NCBI RefSeq assembly: GCF_028641065.1
Contig: NC_073386.1
Coordinates: 41,168,001-41,232,000, forward strand
DNA: 64,000 bases
Direction of reading: 5' to 3'
Source of the DNA: Leucoraja erinacea
Taxonomy: Eukaryota
Each line of letters starts with the position of its first letter. Position 1 is the first letter of the stretch. The position numbers were made by a program, and so were the translations under genes. The notes beneath the pieces were generated by a model. It was not told the DNA's origin and ran no database searches. It saw nothing but the letters and a program-made list of their open reading frames with translations. Of this stretch, positions 12,215 to 23,529 are shown in pieces.

Positions 12215-12640
12215 GAACATCCGCCTATCCCATGACAGGGGGAGGAGTTGTGCAGTTTGATAGCCACGGGGAAGAAGGATCTCCTGTGGCATTCTGTACT
12301 GCATCTTGGTGGAACCAGTCTGTTGCTGAAGGTACTTCTCAGGTTGACTAGTGTGTCATGGAGGGGGTGAGCTGTATTGTCCAACATAATCCGCAGCTCC
12401 CCTCCAAGACCTCCTTCCATGAATCCAACTCTGTCGGACGGACCCAGCCTCCCTGATGAGTTTGTTAATCATGTTGCCGTCGGCTGCCTTCGTCCTGCTG
12501 TCCCAGCACACGACAGCGAAGAAGATGGCATGGCTACCAACGATTGGTAGAACATCTGCAGCATCTTGCTGCAGACATTGAAGGAGCAGAGCCTTCTCAA
12601 AAAGTACAGCTGGCTCTGTCCCTTCTTGTACACGGCCTCC
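12215..12640 (-). mobile_element. Rex1/Babar-like LINE 3' fragment
   Basis: GQSQLYFLRRL.SFNVC..ML.MFYQS and HPLHDTLVNLRSTFSNRLVPPRCSTECHRRSFFPVAIKLHNSS. Confidence 0.75.
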
Positions 12641-14520
12641 CTCTCTCCATACAGAACAGAGTTCCCTTAGTCCTTACCTATCATCCTATTTGATTCGTAT
12701 CTAGCATATCATCCTTCATCTTTTCCACCAGCGGCAACTGGATCTCATCACGCACGCATTACATCTTCCCCTCCCCTCCCCTGGTCCACTCATTCTTCCC
12801 CACCCACCCCTCCAGACTGCAATTCAAGAGCCCTCTGTACCCTATTCCAAAACAGTTTACAAAACCAATTAGCCATTATTTGTTCATACTCGTACCAAAC
12901 ATATTTTTGCCTTTCTCAATTTCCTAGCTTCCAAAAATCTAGTTAACCTAAAGACTAAATTACTTTTGTTTAAATAATTGAACCTCTAAGGAGAATTATC
13001 AAATCAAATTAAGCAACAAGTTATAGTGCATTAATAATTAAATTTCAATGAGGGATTTATATTATAATGTTGTGTTTGCAATCTATGAATTGATAATATA
13101 GGGAAAGGAATAGATGATTGAGAAGGGTTAAAAAAGTAGATTTCTTTGAAAAGTAAGAACTAATACTCTGCCTTCTATGAAAACAATTGTATGTATTGTA
13201 TTCAGATGGTGGCTCTTTAACTTCAGTGAACTGCATGTTTATTATCTAATTTCCCTTTTTTCAGATCATTGTTCAAAAATTGTTGTAGCCTTTCGGTTGA
13301 CGCCTATATAGTAGAGCATTTGTGTGAGAAAACCCACATTTCCTCTTTCTCTCAAAATAATGCTGCATACATAATATTTAATGTTGGAGTTGGCTTTGGT
13401 TAAAAGCTTTTTTTTTTAAACCCATAGTTTTGTTTAAACCAGAATTCCACTAATTCCAATAATAGCTAATTGGTTCCTCCCATTAGATAATTACTGGTCA
13501 TTATTTTTTGCCTTTTTCCTCAACAAAAAAAAAAGTAATATGTGTAACGTGTACAAGTGCTTATTAAGCTTAACCTATCTGACCTCTGACAGTCTTGTTC
13601 ACATATCTGCACATTAGAATAAATGGAAAATTTTGCAAAATCATGAATTAATATTGATATACTAGAGATAAACACAAAGTGCTGGAGTAACTCAGTGGGT
13701 CAGGCAGCATCTCTGGAGAAAAGGATGGATGACATTTTAGGTCGGGACCCTTCTTCAGACTTCGTGCATAAACAACAAAGCAGGAATTTGCACTATTTAC
13801 CATGCCAGTCAGCAAAATGAACGAGAGTGCGATTCCTAGACCTTTTCATCTCATTTTCTCTTTAATAGCAAATCATTCTGCAAAGCTCTAATTAAATTTT
13901 GCTATCCATTGTATTTTATAAAGGGCATTTTATTTCTTCTTTCAAAAATCTGCCAGATTATTTTCTTGAAAAACATGATAAATGTTCGAGTTTAACTCGA
14001 TATATTCTCCAGTTTCTGTGCCAGAACGAGTCCTAGTCTCTTGCACCATAGACTATTTTCCCTGACACCATCCTCTTTAGACCTAATTGTATCTTCTCCA
14101 ACTCATTTACTTTTCCAAAATAGGATATCCAAATCTGCAGTATTGGAACGACATCATAACCAATGATTTATTTGTGCTTTTTCTGTGTAAATCAGATCTT
14201 ATGCTGATCCATTTTGTAAATTCCGGTTTTTGCACCCCTTAGTCCGTTCAGTGAAAACACCAACTAGAATACTGTAAAGATCCTTTATTTCAAAGATCTT
14301 ATAGCTTTGCTGTAAGATCTTTGCTTTATTTCACCTGGGTGACCTTGCTTCCCTTTCCTGCTCTCCAGCTCCAGTTCAGCAAACGGAAAACATGTGCTCT
14401 CAGACAAAGGAAAGCATATATTTATCGGGCTGATACAAGGGGTGGTCACCTTAAGTAGCCAAACACTACAGAGTAATAATCATCAATCAACTTATAAGTC
14501 ATTAGGTAGGTGTGAACAGT

Positions 14521-14604
14521 TTGTTTTACGGGAAATCACGTGTCTCGGGAAATCGAGTCCTGACTAGTGATGTCACTAAAACGAAAGTAAAACCAAAGTA
14601 AAGC
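14521..14604. promoter_or_regulatory. Candidate intronic enhancer (motif cluster)
   Basis: 2x CGGGAAATC, CACGTG, TAGTGATGTCACTA palindrome, AAACGAAAGTAAAACCAAAGT; 5 CpGs in 55 nt. Confidence 0.3.
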
Positions 14605-14949
14605 TATATTTTATTCGGCCACCAGTTATCACACAATCTAATTGACTCTCTCAGTCCTAGAGTATCCCCATTTCTGCATATTGTCAATTTAGCTGAACAA
14701 AAGAAAGTGAGCGGGTATAGCATGCAGCAAAGGATTAAAGGATGTTTAAGGCACATTGACTTAGCTTTTTAGAAAATAAATTATTGAGAGCAAATTATTT
14801 AGAAATTAGATTCTGAGAAGTTATTATTATTATTATTATTCGAACTTTCTTAAGTTTGTGAAAATAGCTGATGCTGGAATTTGACTTTTTTTAAATAACA
14901 CAACGCTTGGAGGGAAGAGAGAGATTAACAAACCTAATAGAATTGGAGA

Positions 14950-15415
14950 AATAAGGAAGTGCAGATGCTGGTTTACAAAAGCAGACAAAGTGCTGGAGTA
15001 ACTCAGCGGGTCATACAGCATGTCTGAGAACCTGGATAGATGATGTTTAGGGTTGGGACCCTTCTTTTGCCCCATACCTCTTCCCTCACATCCATCCAGG
15101 TGAGACAGAGGTTCACATGCACCCGCTCTAATCTCATCTATTGATATTCGGTGTTCCCGATGTTGTCTCTTTTACATCAGCAAGACCAAGCAGAGACTCA
15201 GCAATCGTTTCACTCGGTCCATCAAGGTCTTTTGGATGTCCTCGTTGGTAACCATTTTAACTCCTCTTCACATTCCCATACTGACATTTCCGTCCTGGGC
15301 GGCCTCCATCACCAATGAGCCCACGTGCAAAGTAGAGGAATGGCACCTTATTCCACCTGGGTAAACTACAATCCAACAAGATTAGAATTAAATTCTCCAA
15401 TTATGGGTAACTAAT
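14950..15415 (+). mobile_element. Penelope fragment with inverted 5' terminal repeat
   Basis: Minus-strand terminal repeat 14950-15066 joined to plus-strand decayed GIY-YIG sequence homologous to 7650-7980. Confidence 0.75.
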
Positions 15416-15619
15416 CAACCCCCTCCTCCCATTCTTTCCTATGCTCCACCTGGGCTCCCATCCATTTCTGCCCTATTCCTTCCTCTGGATTCACAATTTG
15501 TAACTCTTCCTTTCTTTTTCCCTCATTATAGGAAATGACTTTTGCAGGGTTTCAATGGCACTCTGTTGCCTCAATCACATTGCCTTTTTTTTGTAAATAA
15601 TCCTCTATTGTGTGCAAGT

Positions 15620-15839
15620 TGCTGAATCAATATGTTGCTGCTCATTGTAATTTCCTTTCATGTTTATTTTTCTTCCCCTTGGTTCCACAGGTAAGTCATC
15701 AAATTTTACAGCTAATTGATTGTATAGCTTTAATACAGCATCACCATCTGTCTGTGGTAGTCTTTTACCTCCTTACTTATCAAGGATATATCCAATTCTG
15801 GTAGAGACTCTGCTTCTATTGCCCTTTGAACAAGTAAGT
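15620..15839 (+). other. Candidate recursive splice site (AG|GTAAGT) with 143-nt RS-exon
   Basis: Polypyrimidine tract + CCACAG (ends 15690) abutting GTAAGT; downstream donor CAA|GTAAGT at 15834. Confidence 0.4.
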
Positions 15840-16225
15840 TTCAAAGACTAACACCTCTGTGAGAAAAACATTTCCCTTCATCTCTGACTTAAATAGCCAA
15901 CCCCTTATTTTTAAACAGTGACCTGCTGGTTCTATATCCTCCAGCAAAAGGTATGATCCTCTCCACGTCTACACTGACCCAACCCCTCCTGCTTTTGTAC
16001 GTTTCAGTCAAAATATCTCTCATTCTTGTCATCTCCAGTGGACTAGTCCAACGTTTCTCCATAATACAACCTGGGAATTCTAGGTACCAGCCCAGTAAAG
16101 CTTCTGTGAATTGCGTGAAATGAATTCATATCCTTCCTTAAATTAGGAGACCAGTACAGAGCACAGTACTCTAGATGTTGCCAATGCCAGTACCATAAGA
16201 AACTGAAACGTGTCTCCCTACCTTT
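15800..16225 (-). mobile_element. Decayed CR1 3' fragment
   Basis: Resembles other minus-strand CR1 ends (ctctgtgagaaaaa...ccccttatttttaaacagtgacc). Confidence 0.6.
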
Positions 16226-16244
16226 TCACATCCTCCTAATAAAC

Positions 16245-16535
16245 TCACCTCTTTCCTCCATCCACAACTCCTTGGTTCACTAATCCCTTACCACCCAAAA
16301 GTTTTCCCCCGCAACCGTAACCTATATAACACCCAAATAACACCTGTCCCTCTACCTCTTGGTTGCTAACGATATTAACTCCTCTTCCCATTCCCATACT
16401 GACCTTTGTGTCCCGGGCCTCCTCCATTCCCAGAGTGAGGCCACACACAAACTGGAGGAACAACACCTTATATTCCGCTTGGTAGCTTGCAACCCAATGG
16501 TATGAACATAAAATTCTCCAATTTTAGATAAATAC
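16245..16535 (+). mobile_element. Penelope GIY-YIG remnant
   Basis: aaactggaggaacaacaccttatattccgcttggtagcttgcaaccc homologous to 7895-7950. Confidence 0.7.
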
Positions 16536-16604
16536 AAAACCTTCCCCCCTCTCTGTTTCTCTCTGTAAATCCATCTGATTTTCCTTTGTTCACGGTACAT
16601 GCTG

Positions 16605-16832
16605 TTTAGTTTAAAGATACAGCATGGAAACAGGCCCTTCACCCAGCGAGTCAATTATGACCATCGATCATCTGTTCACACTAGTTCTATGTTATACCAT
16701 TTTCTCAAGCACTAGGAGCAATTTACAGAGACCTATTCACCTCCAAACCGATGCGTCCTTGGGATGTCGGAGGGAACCAAAGCACCCAAAGGAAACCCAC
16801 GTGGAAACTCCACAGAGACAGCACCCGAGATC
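16605..16832 (-). mobile_element. V-SINE (HE1-like) fragment
   Basis: Reverse complement of the tail and core seen at 45-332. Confidence 0.65.
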
Positions 16833-16975
16833 AGTTCTTCAAAGAACTGTAAAACATTGGAGAAAAAAAAGCTTTCCCTATCTCCCTTCTCCAGTCTAAT
16901 GGAGGATTTTGGAAAATTAAAACTAACACAGAAACCATTGATACAGCATTGTTTTTGAGATGCTTTTGAGATTCA

Positions 16976-17404
16976 TAGGTAGACACAAAATGCTGGAGTA
17001 ACTCAGCGGGTGAGCATCTCTGGAGAGAAGGAATGGGGGACGTTTTGGGTCGAGACCCTTCTTCAGACTGATGTCAGGGGAGGGAGCGGGACAAAGATAG
17101 AATGTAGGCGGAGACAGTAAGACTAGTGGGAGAACTGTGAAGGGGATGGAGAAAGAAAGCAAGGGTTATCTGAAGTTAGAGAAGTCAATGTTCATACTAC
17201 TGGAGTGGAAACTGCCCAAGCATATTATGAGGTGCAGTTCCTCTAATTTGCGTTGGGCCTCAATGGAGGAGGCCCAGGACAGAAAGGTCAGATTGGGAAT
17301 GGGAAGTGCTGAGCCACCAGGAGATCAGCTAGGTTAAAACGGTCTGAGCGGAGGTGTTCAGCGAAACGATCGCAGAGCCTGCGCTTGGTACCACCGATGT
17401 AGAA
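16976..17404 (-). mobile_element. Penelope 3' fragment with terminal repeat
   Basis: agacacaaaatgctggagtaactcagcggg...cttcttcagactg followed by antisense GIY-YIG C-terminus. Confidence 0.8.
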
Positions 17405-17544
17405 GATTCATAGTGTCTGGAGACTTTTCACCAATCGAGAGATTTCAAAGGGATTGCAGTTTACACAAATAAAAGGCAGTATCTAAATGAAGGAACCTGT
17501 GTTCAGAAATTACATGCTAATGCAATCATTTATCTGACTTACAG

Positions 17545-17765
17545 AAAAGCTTGCCGAAGCTCAGCGCAGGTTCGCTACACTCCAGAATGAGTTACAATCA
17601 ACACTTGAAGTGCAGATGGACCGCAACACGTTCGCCAGTTTGCGGCAACGGAGGATTGTGGTCCCTCTCTCTTATAAGGATCGTGTACATCATAGGAACA
17701 TTCGTGACCTGAAGTTAGCCTTCAGTGAGTTCTACCTCAGCCTGATCCTACTTCAAAACTACCAG
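17545..17765 (+). CDS. XPR1: XPR1-family phosphate exporter, exon matching human exon 4 (SPX domain)
   Basis: ttacag|AA AAG CTT...TAC CAG|gtaagg; 221 nt; (E)[73 protein letters not shown]. Confidence 0.96.
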
Positions 17766-18269
17766 GTAAGGGAAGGCTGCCAATCTTGCGGACAATAAAA
17801 TATCCTCAGTCGGTAAAGTAAATCAATGTTTGTAATCTGAACTGTGATTTTAAACCTGCTTAGGTAATGTTATTTTTCTTGGCTATTTACGGACTGTATT
17901 AAGATAATCTTTTATCATATTTTCAAGTTGCAAAATAACGTACTGTATTTGGTAGAGTCATTTATAATCCTGGTTGATCGGTATGTCAGTGGAAAATGAC
18001 TTCAGGGCCATGAAAATTTCTATATGCCATAAATTTCCTGTGTTTCCGAGAAGGCAAAATGAAGGAACAAGTGTAGGCTGTCAGTTCCTCAAGCCTGTTA
18101 AATGATGGATGATCTCTATCGTAATTCCACGTGCATGCCTTAGTTCATTTCTCCTCCTATCCTTGCCAAGAAAATTCTATCCTCCAATCCTTGCCAAGAA
18201 AATTCTATCACTCAGTTTTTAAATTTTGATTTGGCCATTGGTTGCTTGCTAGTGCTGCACAGGTGGGTT

Positions 18270-19276
18270 TAGGGGGCGCCATCTTGGGGCACGGCTGCTA
18301 GCTAGCAGCTGTCCGTCTTTTTCACTCTTTTCTTTAATTTTTAGTGAGTTTCAGTGTTTGTTTTTAGGAGGTCTAGACTTTTTTATGTGGGGGGGGGGGG
18401 GGGGGGAAGGGGGAAACTAATTTCTAGGTCCCTACCTGGTCGGAGAGCAGCTTTTCTCCGGGCTGCACCGTCGACCCGTCCTTGCGGCCTACCAGCGGGC
18501 CTGGAGCGGCGTTTTCCCGAGGGGACCGCCAAGCACCTCGGCTTCGGCGGCGGCACACTGCTGGGGCGCTATCGCGGAGCGGAGCGGGCGATGCCTTGCC
18601 TGGGTCGCTGCGCTGGAGCTCCAGTGAGCTGAAGACCGCCGATAAAAACATCGCGGAGCTGCAGGTCTGCGGAGCGGGCAGCTGCGGGCGGCGGCGCTGA
18701 CATCAACATCTGGAGCCTGGGATCTCTCGATGAGATCGCCAATGGTGGAGCTCCAACCGTCGCGACCTTGTCGGCTTTGGAAGCCGCGGTCTCCGGTAAG
18801 GAAGCGGCCGTTCCAGGTGTCCCTAGCCGCTGAGAGGACTCTCCCGACGCCAGAGCACCATCTCCCGGCGAGAACGGCCTGGAATATCGGGCCTTCGAAG
18901 AGTCAACTGTGGAGGCCTCAATTGGCCCGACTATGGGTGAACTGGGGATGGGGACTGGACATTGTGCCTTCCCCCATAATGGTAACCATTGTGGGGGGAT
19001 GTTTCTATGTTAAAGATCCTTATTGTTCCGTTTCCATGCCGATGGCTGCCGGAAGGGAGAGTGAACGCTGGCGCGATTAGCTGCCGCTGCTCTCTCTTTG
19101 AATTGTATCTTTGAATTGTGTATTGTTGATTTCTTTACTATTTATTTTTATTTTTTTTGTCGTTATTTTTTGTTTTGTTTCATTCCGCTTACATGTTTTC
19201 TATTCTGTTTACTAAATTTTGTAAGGTGTCCTTGAGAGTCTTGAAAGGCGCCCATAAATAAAATGTATTATTATTT
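18270..19276 (+). mobile_element. CpG-rich ~1 kb non-autonomous element with L2-like 3' tail
   Basis: GC-rich non-coding body; tail gtaaggtgtccttgagagtcttgaaaggcgcccataaataaaatgtattattatt; second partial copy at 6810-7075. Confidence 0.65.
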
Positions 19277-20529
19277 AAGCTAAATTGTGGGAGGATGGGA
19301 TCAACAACGTGGCAGTGTGTGTGTGCCATTAATGGGAAAGAGAGTGCAGGAAAGGTCGTGTTTCAAATAATATAGTAGGGGGATGAGAGCCAATGCAAGG
19401 AGGCAGAGGACTGTTACATGAGGGCAGAAGCAAAAGGTAGAAGGGAAAAAAGAAAAACAAACCTGAAAGCTTTGTGCCTTAATGTGAGGAGCATTCATAA
19501 TAAGGTGGATGAATTGAATGTGCAGGTAGTTGTTAACGGATATGATATAGGTGTGTTTTACAATTAAAGTGCATGTTCGCATCTTACTTAATCAATCCAA
19601 GCTCAATTTGATTGGATTTGTTTCAGCTGATAATGTACCAGTTATCTGGAGTCTACAAGTTTTATCTTCCCCAGAATGGGCTCTTGAGCAAGCAGATCTA
19701 TATGTTTCCAAAGTCATGGATGTGTTGATCTTGAATTGTAATTAATCATTTGTTTGGTCTTCTGACTCATGTTATCTTATCCTTTATTACCTCACTCCGT
19801 ACATTTGACCAGGGTGCAACAAGGTCTGTTGAAATAAAATTATGGGTTCAGCAATAATTGAAAGGTTTTAATATTTCAGGTTGGCCCATGACTTGCTAAA
19901 TAAAAATGGAAATATAAGCACATTATAATGGTGTACTGTGACAAAAGCTAGCTATTATGCCCTTTAACAGTAGCATGTGCTTTTGTTCCATGTTGAGTAC
20001 AAAAATTATTTCAAAAATTTACATATTCCAGACAGCTTTTAAAATCTAACATGCGATTTCTCTTGAGAGAATAGAATATATCTTATGCTTAGAAACTGGC
20101 AAATTCTGCGCAATCTTTTGAGGTCTTGGTGCTTGTACCACATTTTATGCACCTCTGAGTTGCATTCAATGCTATTTGTGGAATCCATTTAAATAAATGA
20201 GTATCATTCTCGGTCATTACAACTGTATTTATTTATTCCATCTGAAAAATGTAATTATTAAATTCCTATCAAATCTCCTTTAAATAGCAGAATGAATATT
20301 GTAATTAGTTCCAGAATGCTTCACAGTGCCATGAACAAAAATTGTAATACAAAACATCATAAGAAGATATTAGGGCAGATTGTGTTAAGATAGGTTTTAA
20401 GGTATGTCTTGAGGGAGGGAGAGAGAGGAGAGACATTGATGATATACGTAGCACCACAGAAGTGTGGGTTGTTAAGAGGATACTGAAAAGCTTCGGGAGA
20501 ATATACACAGGCTAAGAGAGTGGGCAAGG

Positions 20530-22232
20530 ATAAGGCTGATGGAACATAAAGTGAAAATTTGTTAGATCATCCACAACAGAAAATAGAAAAATGAAATATT
20601 TTTAAATGGTGGGAGATAGAAAGTGTTAGTATCTTTGTACTCAAATTACTGGAAGATAATGTGCAGCCATAGCAAGTAAGTAGAAAGGCAAACAGAACGT
20701 GGGATTTTATTGCAAGAATCTTTGAGGACAAAAGTACTTTTTATAGGAACATTAAAAAAATGGGGGTACTAGGGACAATGTAAGATCACTCAAAGATAAT
20801 GGGGATAGCTTAACAGTCATTGGAGGATAACAGTTTAGGAGGGTAACAAGAGAGGAGCCCATGAGATTAGAGGCAAGGCACTAGCATGGATAGTAGATTA
20901 GCTGACTGGCAGAAGACAAAGAGTGGGAATAAAGGGGGCCTTTTCTGGTTGGCTTCCAGTGACTAGTGGTGTTACACAGGGGATCAGTGTTGAGTCCACT
21001 ACTTTTCACATCATATGTTAATGATCTGGATGATGAAATTGATAGCTCTGTGGCCAAGTTTGCTGGATGATATGAATATAGGTGGAGGGACAGGTAATGT
21101 TGAGGAAGCATGGATTCTGCAGAAGGAATTGGACAGGTTAGGATAGTAGGCAAAGAAGTGACAAATGGAATTCTGCGTAGCAAAGTGTACGGTCATACAC
21201 TTTGGCATGAGGAATAAAGGCGTAGATTATTTTCGAAAAGGGAAGGACATTCAGAAATTGGAGATGCTATAGGACTTGGGAGTGCTGCTTCAGGATTCTC
21301 AAAGGGTTAATTTGCAAATTGAGTTGGTAGTAAGGAAGGTAAATGCAATGTTAGCATTCATTTTTAAAGGATTAGATTACAAAATCAAGAATGTAATAAT
21401 CATCATTGAAAACATCAATGGGCACGGTGCCGCACTATGTTATGTACGACAATGATCGCAACTTCTACTGAAGTGTGGATGGCCATTGGATCGCTAGGAG
21501 CTCATCCGCCCTTTGACAGGTCTTGTTTTTGGTCCTGCTGGGGCTCCACAGCCCCTTCCTCACCCGGCAAACCAGGTGGGAGAGATGGTTTAGTCACCGA
21601 CTATCCGACTGTGGAGCAGGTAGCACGGGATTACATGGTACCCGTGGCGGTGGGTTTACAAGGTGCTGCTGATCAGACCACATTTGGAATATTGTGAGCA
21701 GTTTAGGGCCCCATATCTGACGAAGCATGTGCTGGCATTGGAGAGGGTCCAGAGGAGATTTATGAGAGTGATTCTGGGGGTGATTGGGTTACCGCACAAG
21801 GAACATTTAAGAGCTCTGTGCCTGGATTGGAGTTTAGAAGATGAGGGGGAGTCTCATTGAATCATAAAAAGTCCAGATCATGTGGATGTGGAGAGGATGT
21901 TTCCAGTAGTAGTGCAGGACACTATGACTATTGGCAGAGTGTAAAACCAAAGGGCACAGCCTCAGAATAAAAGGATGTATCTTTAGGATGGCGATGAGGA
22001 GGATTTTCTTATCAGACGGTGGTGAATGTGTGGAATTAATTGCCACAGGTGGCGGTGGAGGCCAGGTCATTGCGTATTTTTAAAGTGGAGATTGATAGGT
22101 TCTTAATTAGTAAGGGTGTCAAAGGATGCAGGGAGAAGGCAGGAAAATGTGGTTGAGAAGAAAAATAGTTCATGATCAAATGGCAGGGCAGACTCGATGG
22201 GCTAATGGCCTAATGCTACTCCTCTGTCTTAG
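20530..22232 (+). mobile_element. CR1 LINE fragments (RT to 3' UTR), interrupted at about 21398-21655
   Basis: VTSGV.QGSVL.P, RPHLEYC.QF.APYL.K.VLALERVQRRF motifs; 3' end gactcgatgggctaatggcctaatgctactcct. Confidence 0.85.
21398..21655 (-). mobile_element. Short insertion inside CR1, possibly an RTE-derived non-autonomous element
   Basis: Splits a continuous CR1 frame (KNVI | YKVLLIRPHL); minus strand ends in ...caatgatgat. Confidence 0.5.
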
Positions 22233-22289
22233 CTTGAAAAGCTATGATCATCTATATGTAAAGAATGTAAAGAAACATTAGAAATCTAA

Positions 22290-22662
22290 TGTTTAGTTTA
22301 GATTTAAAACTCAGAAACAGGCCCTTAGGCTCACCGAGTCTCCGCTGACCAGCAAGCCCCGTAGATTAACACTTTCCTACACACACTTTTACATTTTACA
22401 CCTATACCAAACCAATTAACCTACAAACGTGTACATCTTTGTATTCCATAACATTTAGTAGATTAAGAGGTGATTTGATTAAACATTTTTCAATATCCAG
22501 GGGTGTCTAATTTAGAGATACAGTGTGGAAACAAGCCCTTCAGCCCATTGAGTCCGTGCCAACCAGCGATGCCCATACATTAACAGTATCCAACACACAA
22601 GGGACAAATTACAATCTTTACCAAAGCAAATTAACCGACAAACCTGTACATTTTCGGGTGTG
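22290..22662 (-). mobile_element. Two truncated V-SINE copies
   Basis: gaaacaggccctt...accgagtc...ccaattaacctacaaac pattern occurs twice. Confidence 0.7.
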
Positions 22663-22833
22663 AATCTAATATGCTACTTGAAAAGTCACTGGAAGCAAAA
22701 TTAGATGTAGATTTTGTACGCAAAGGAACGAATTTCCAACACTAGGGAGAAATATTGTGGAATTTGACTGCTCACTAGCTCATTCAAAGATTGAAAGGCC
22801 AAGTGGCCTGGGTTTACTGCATGATCTTAGTAA

Positions 22834-23529
22834 AGGGCCTGTCCCACTTACGTGTCCTTGGCACGCTAATTACGCGACCTCATGGTCACGTTGAGGGCCG
22901 ACGGTCCCGCGAAGGTTGGGCGCGACTTCATTCGACCGCACAGCCGTCTGGAGCATGTGACGTCATTTGAAGATGGGCGCAAAATGCTAGAGTAACTCAG
23001 CGGGACCGGCAGCATCTATGGAGAAAAGGAATGGATGATGTTTCGGGTCGAGACTCTTCTTCAGTCTGAAAGAAGGGTCTTGACCCGAAACGTCACCCAT
23101 TGCTTCTCTCCAGAGAAGCTGCTGGTCCCGCTGTGTTATTCCAGCATTTTGTGTCTATCTTCAATTTTCTTGGCCCCGCTCTGGGAGTAGAAGTGGGGGC
23201 GGATTCGGACCGCAAAGGCTGTGAGCCCCAGGCCGAGCTTGGCGATCGTTTGCCTGCTTCTGCTGCTGTTGTAGGTGAGACGTTGCGTCGTGCCAGGGTC
23301 TTGGGCCTGTCCCACTTTGGCCGTCAGTTACGCGACAGGCCGGTGGCAGTCGAAGATTTCGTTCGCTACAAAAATTTTGTAGCCCCGCGCAATGTCGCGC
23401 ACAACTACATACCCCTCTGCATTTCTCAGTGGGACTGGCCCCGCGCGGCCATACGATGCCCATGCGCCTCAATGCGATCACGAGGTTGCTTAATTTGTGT
23501 GCCAAGGACATGTAAGTGGGACAGGCCCT
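22834..23529. mobile_element. PIF/Harbinger MITE with nested insertions
   Basis: TIR AGGGCCTGTCCCACTTACGTGTCCTTGGCAC...GTGCCAAGGACATGTAAGTGGGACAGGCCCT; TAA TSD at 22831-22833 and 23530-23532. Confidence 0.9.

Noticed and set aside
1-17544. XPR1 exons 1-3
   Set aside because: No MKFAEHL, AFKDMLY or CEKELAKINTFY-like coding found by eye; probably upstream, though a divergent short exon could have been missed.
18159-18209. Short tandem duplication atccttgccaagaaaattctat
   Set aside because: Ordinary slippage duplication inside a decayed CR1 end.
18270-19100. CpG-island promoter or nested gene
   Set aside because: Shares sequence with 6810-7075 and ends in a LINE-like tail; the overlapping ORFs look like GC-rich noise.
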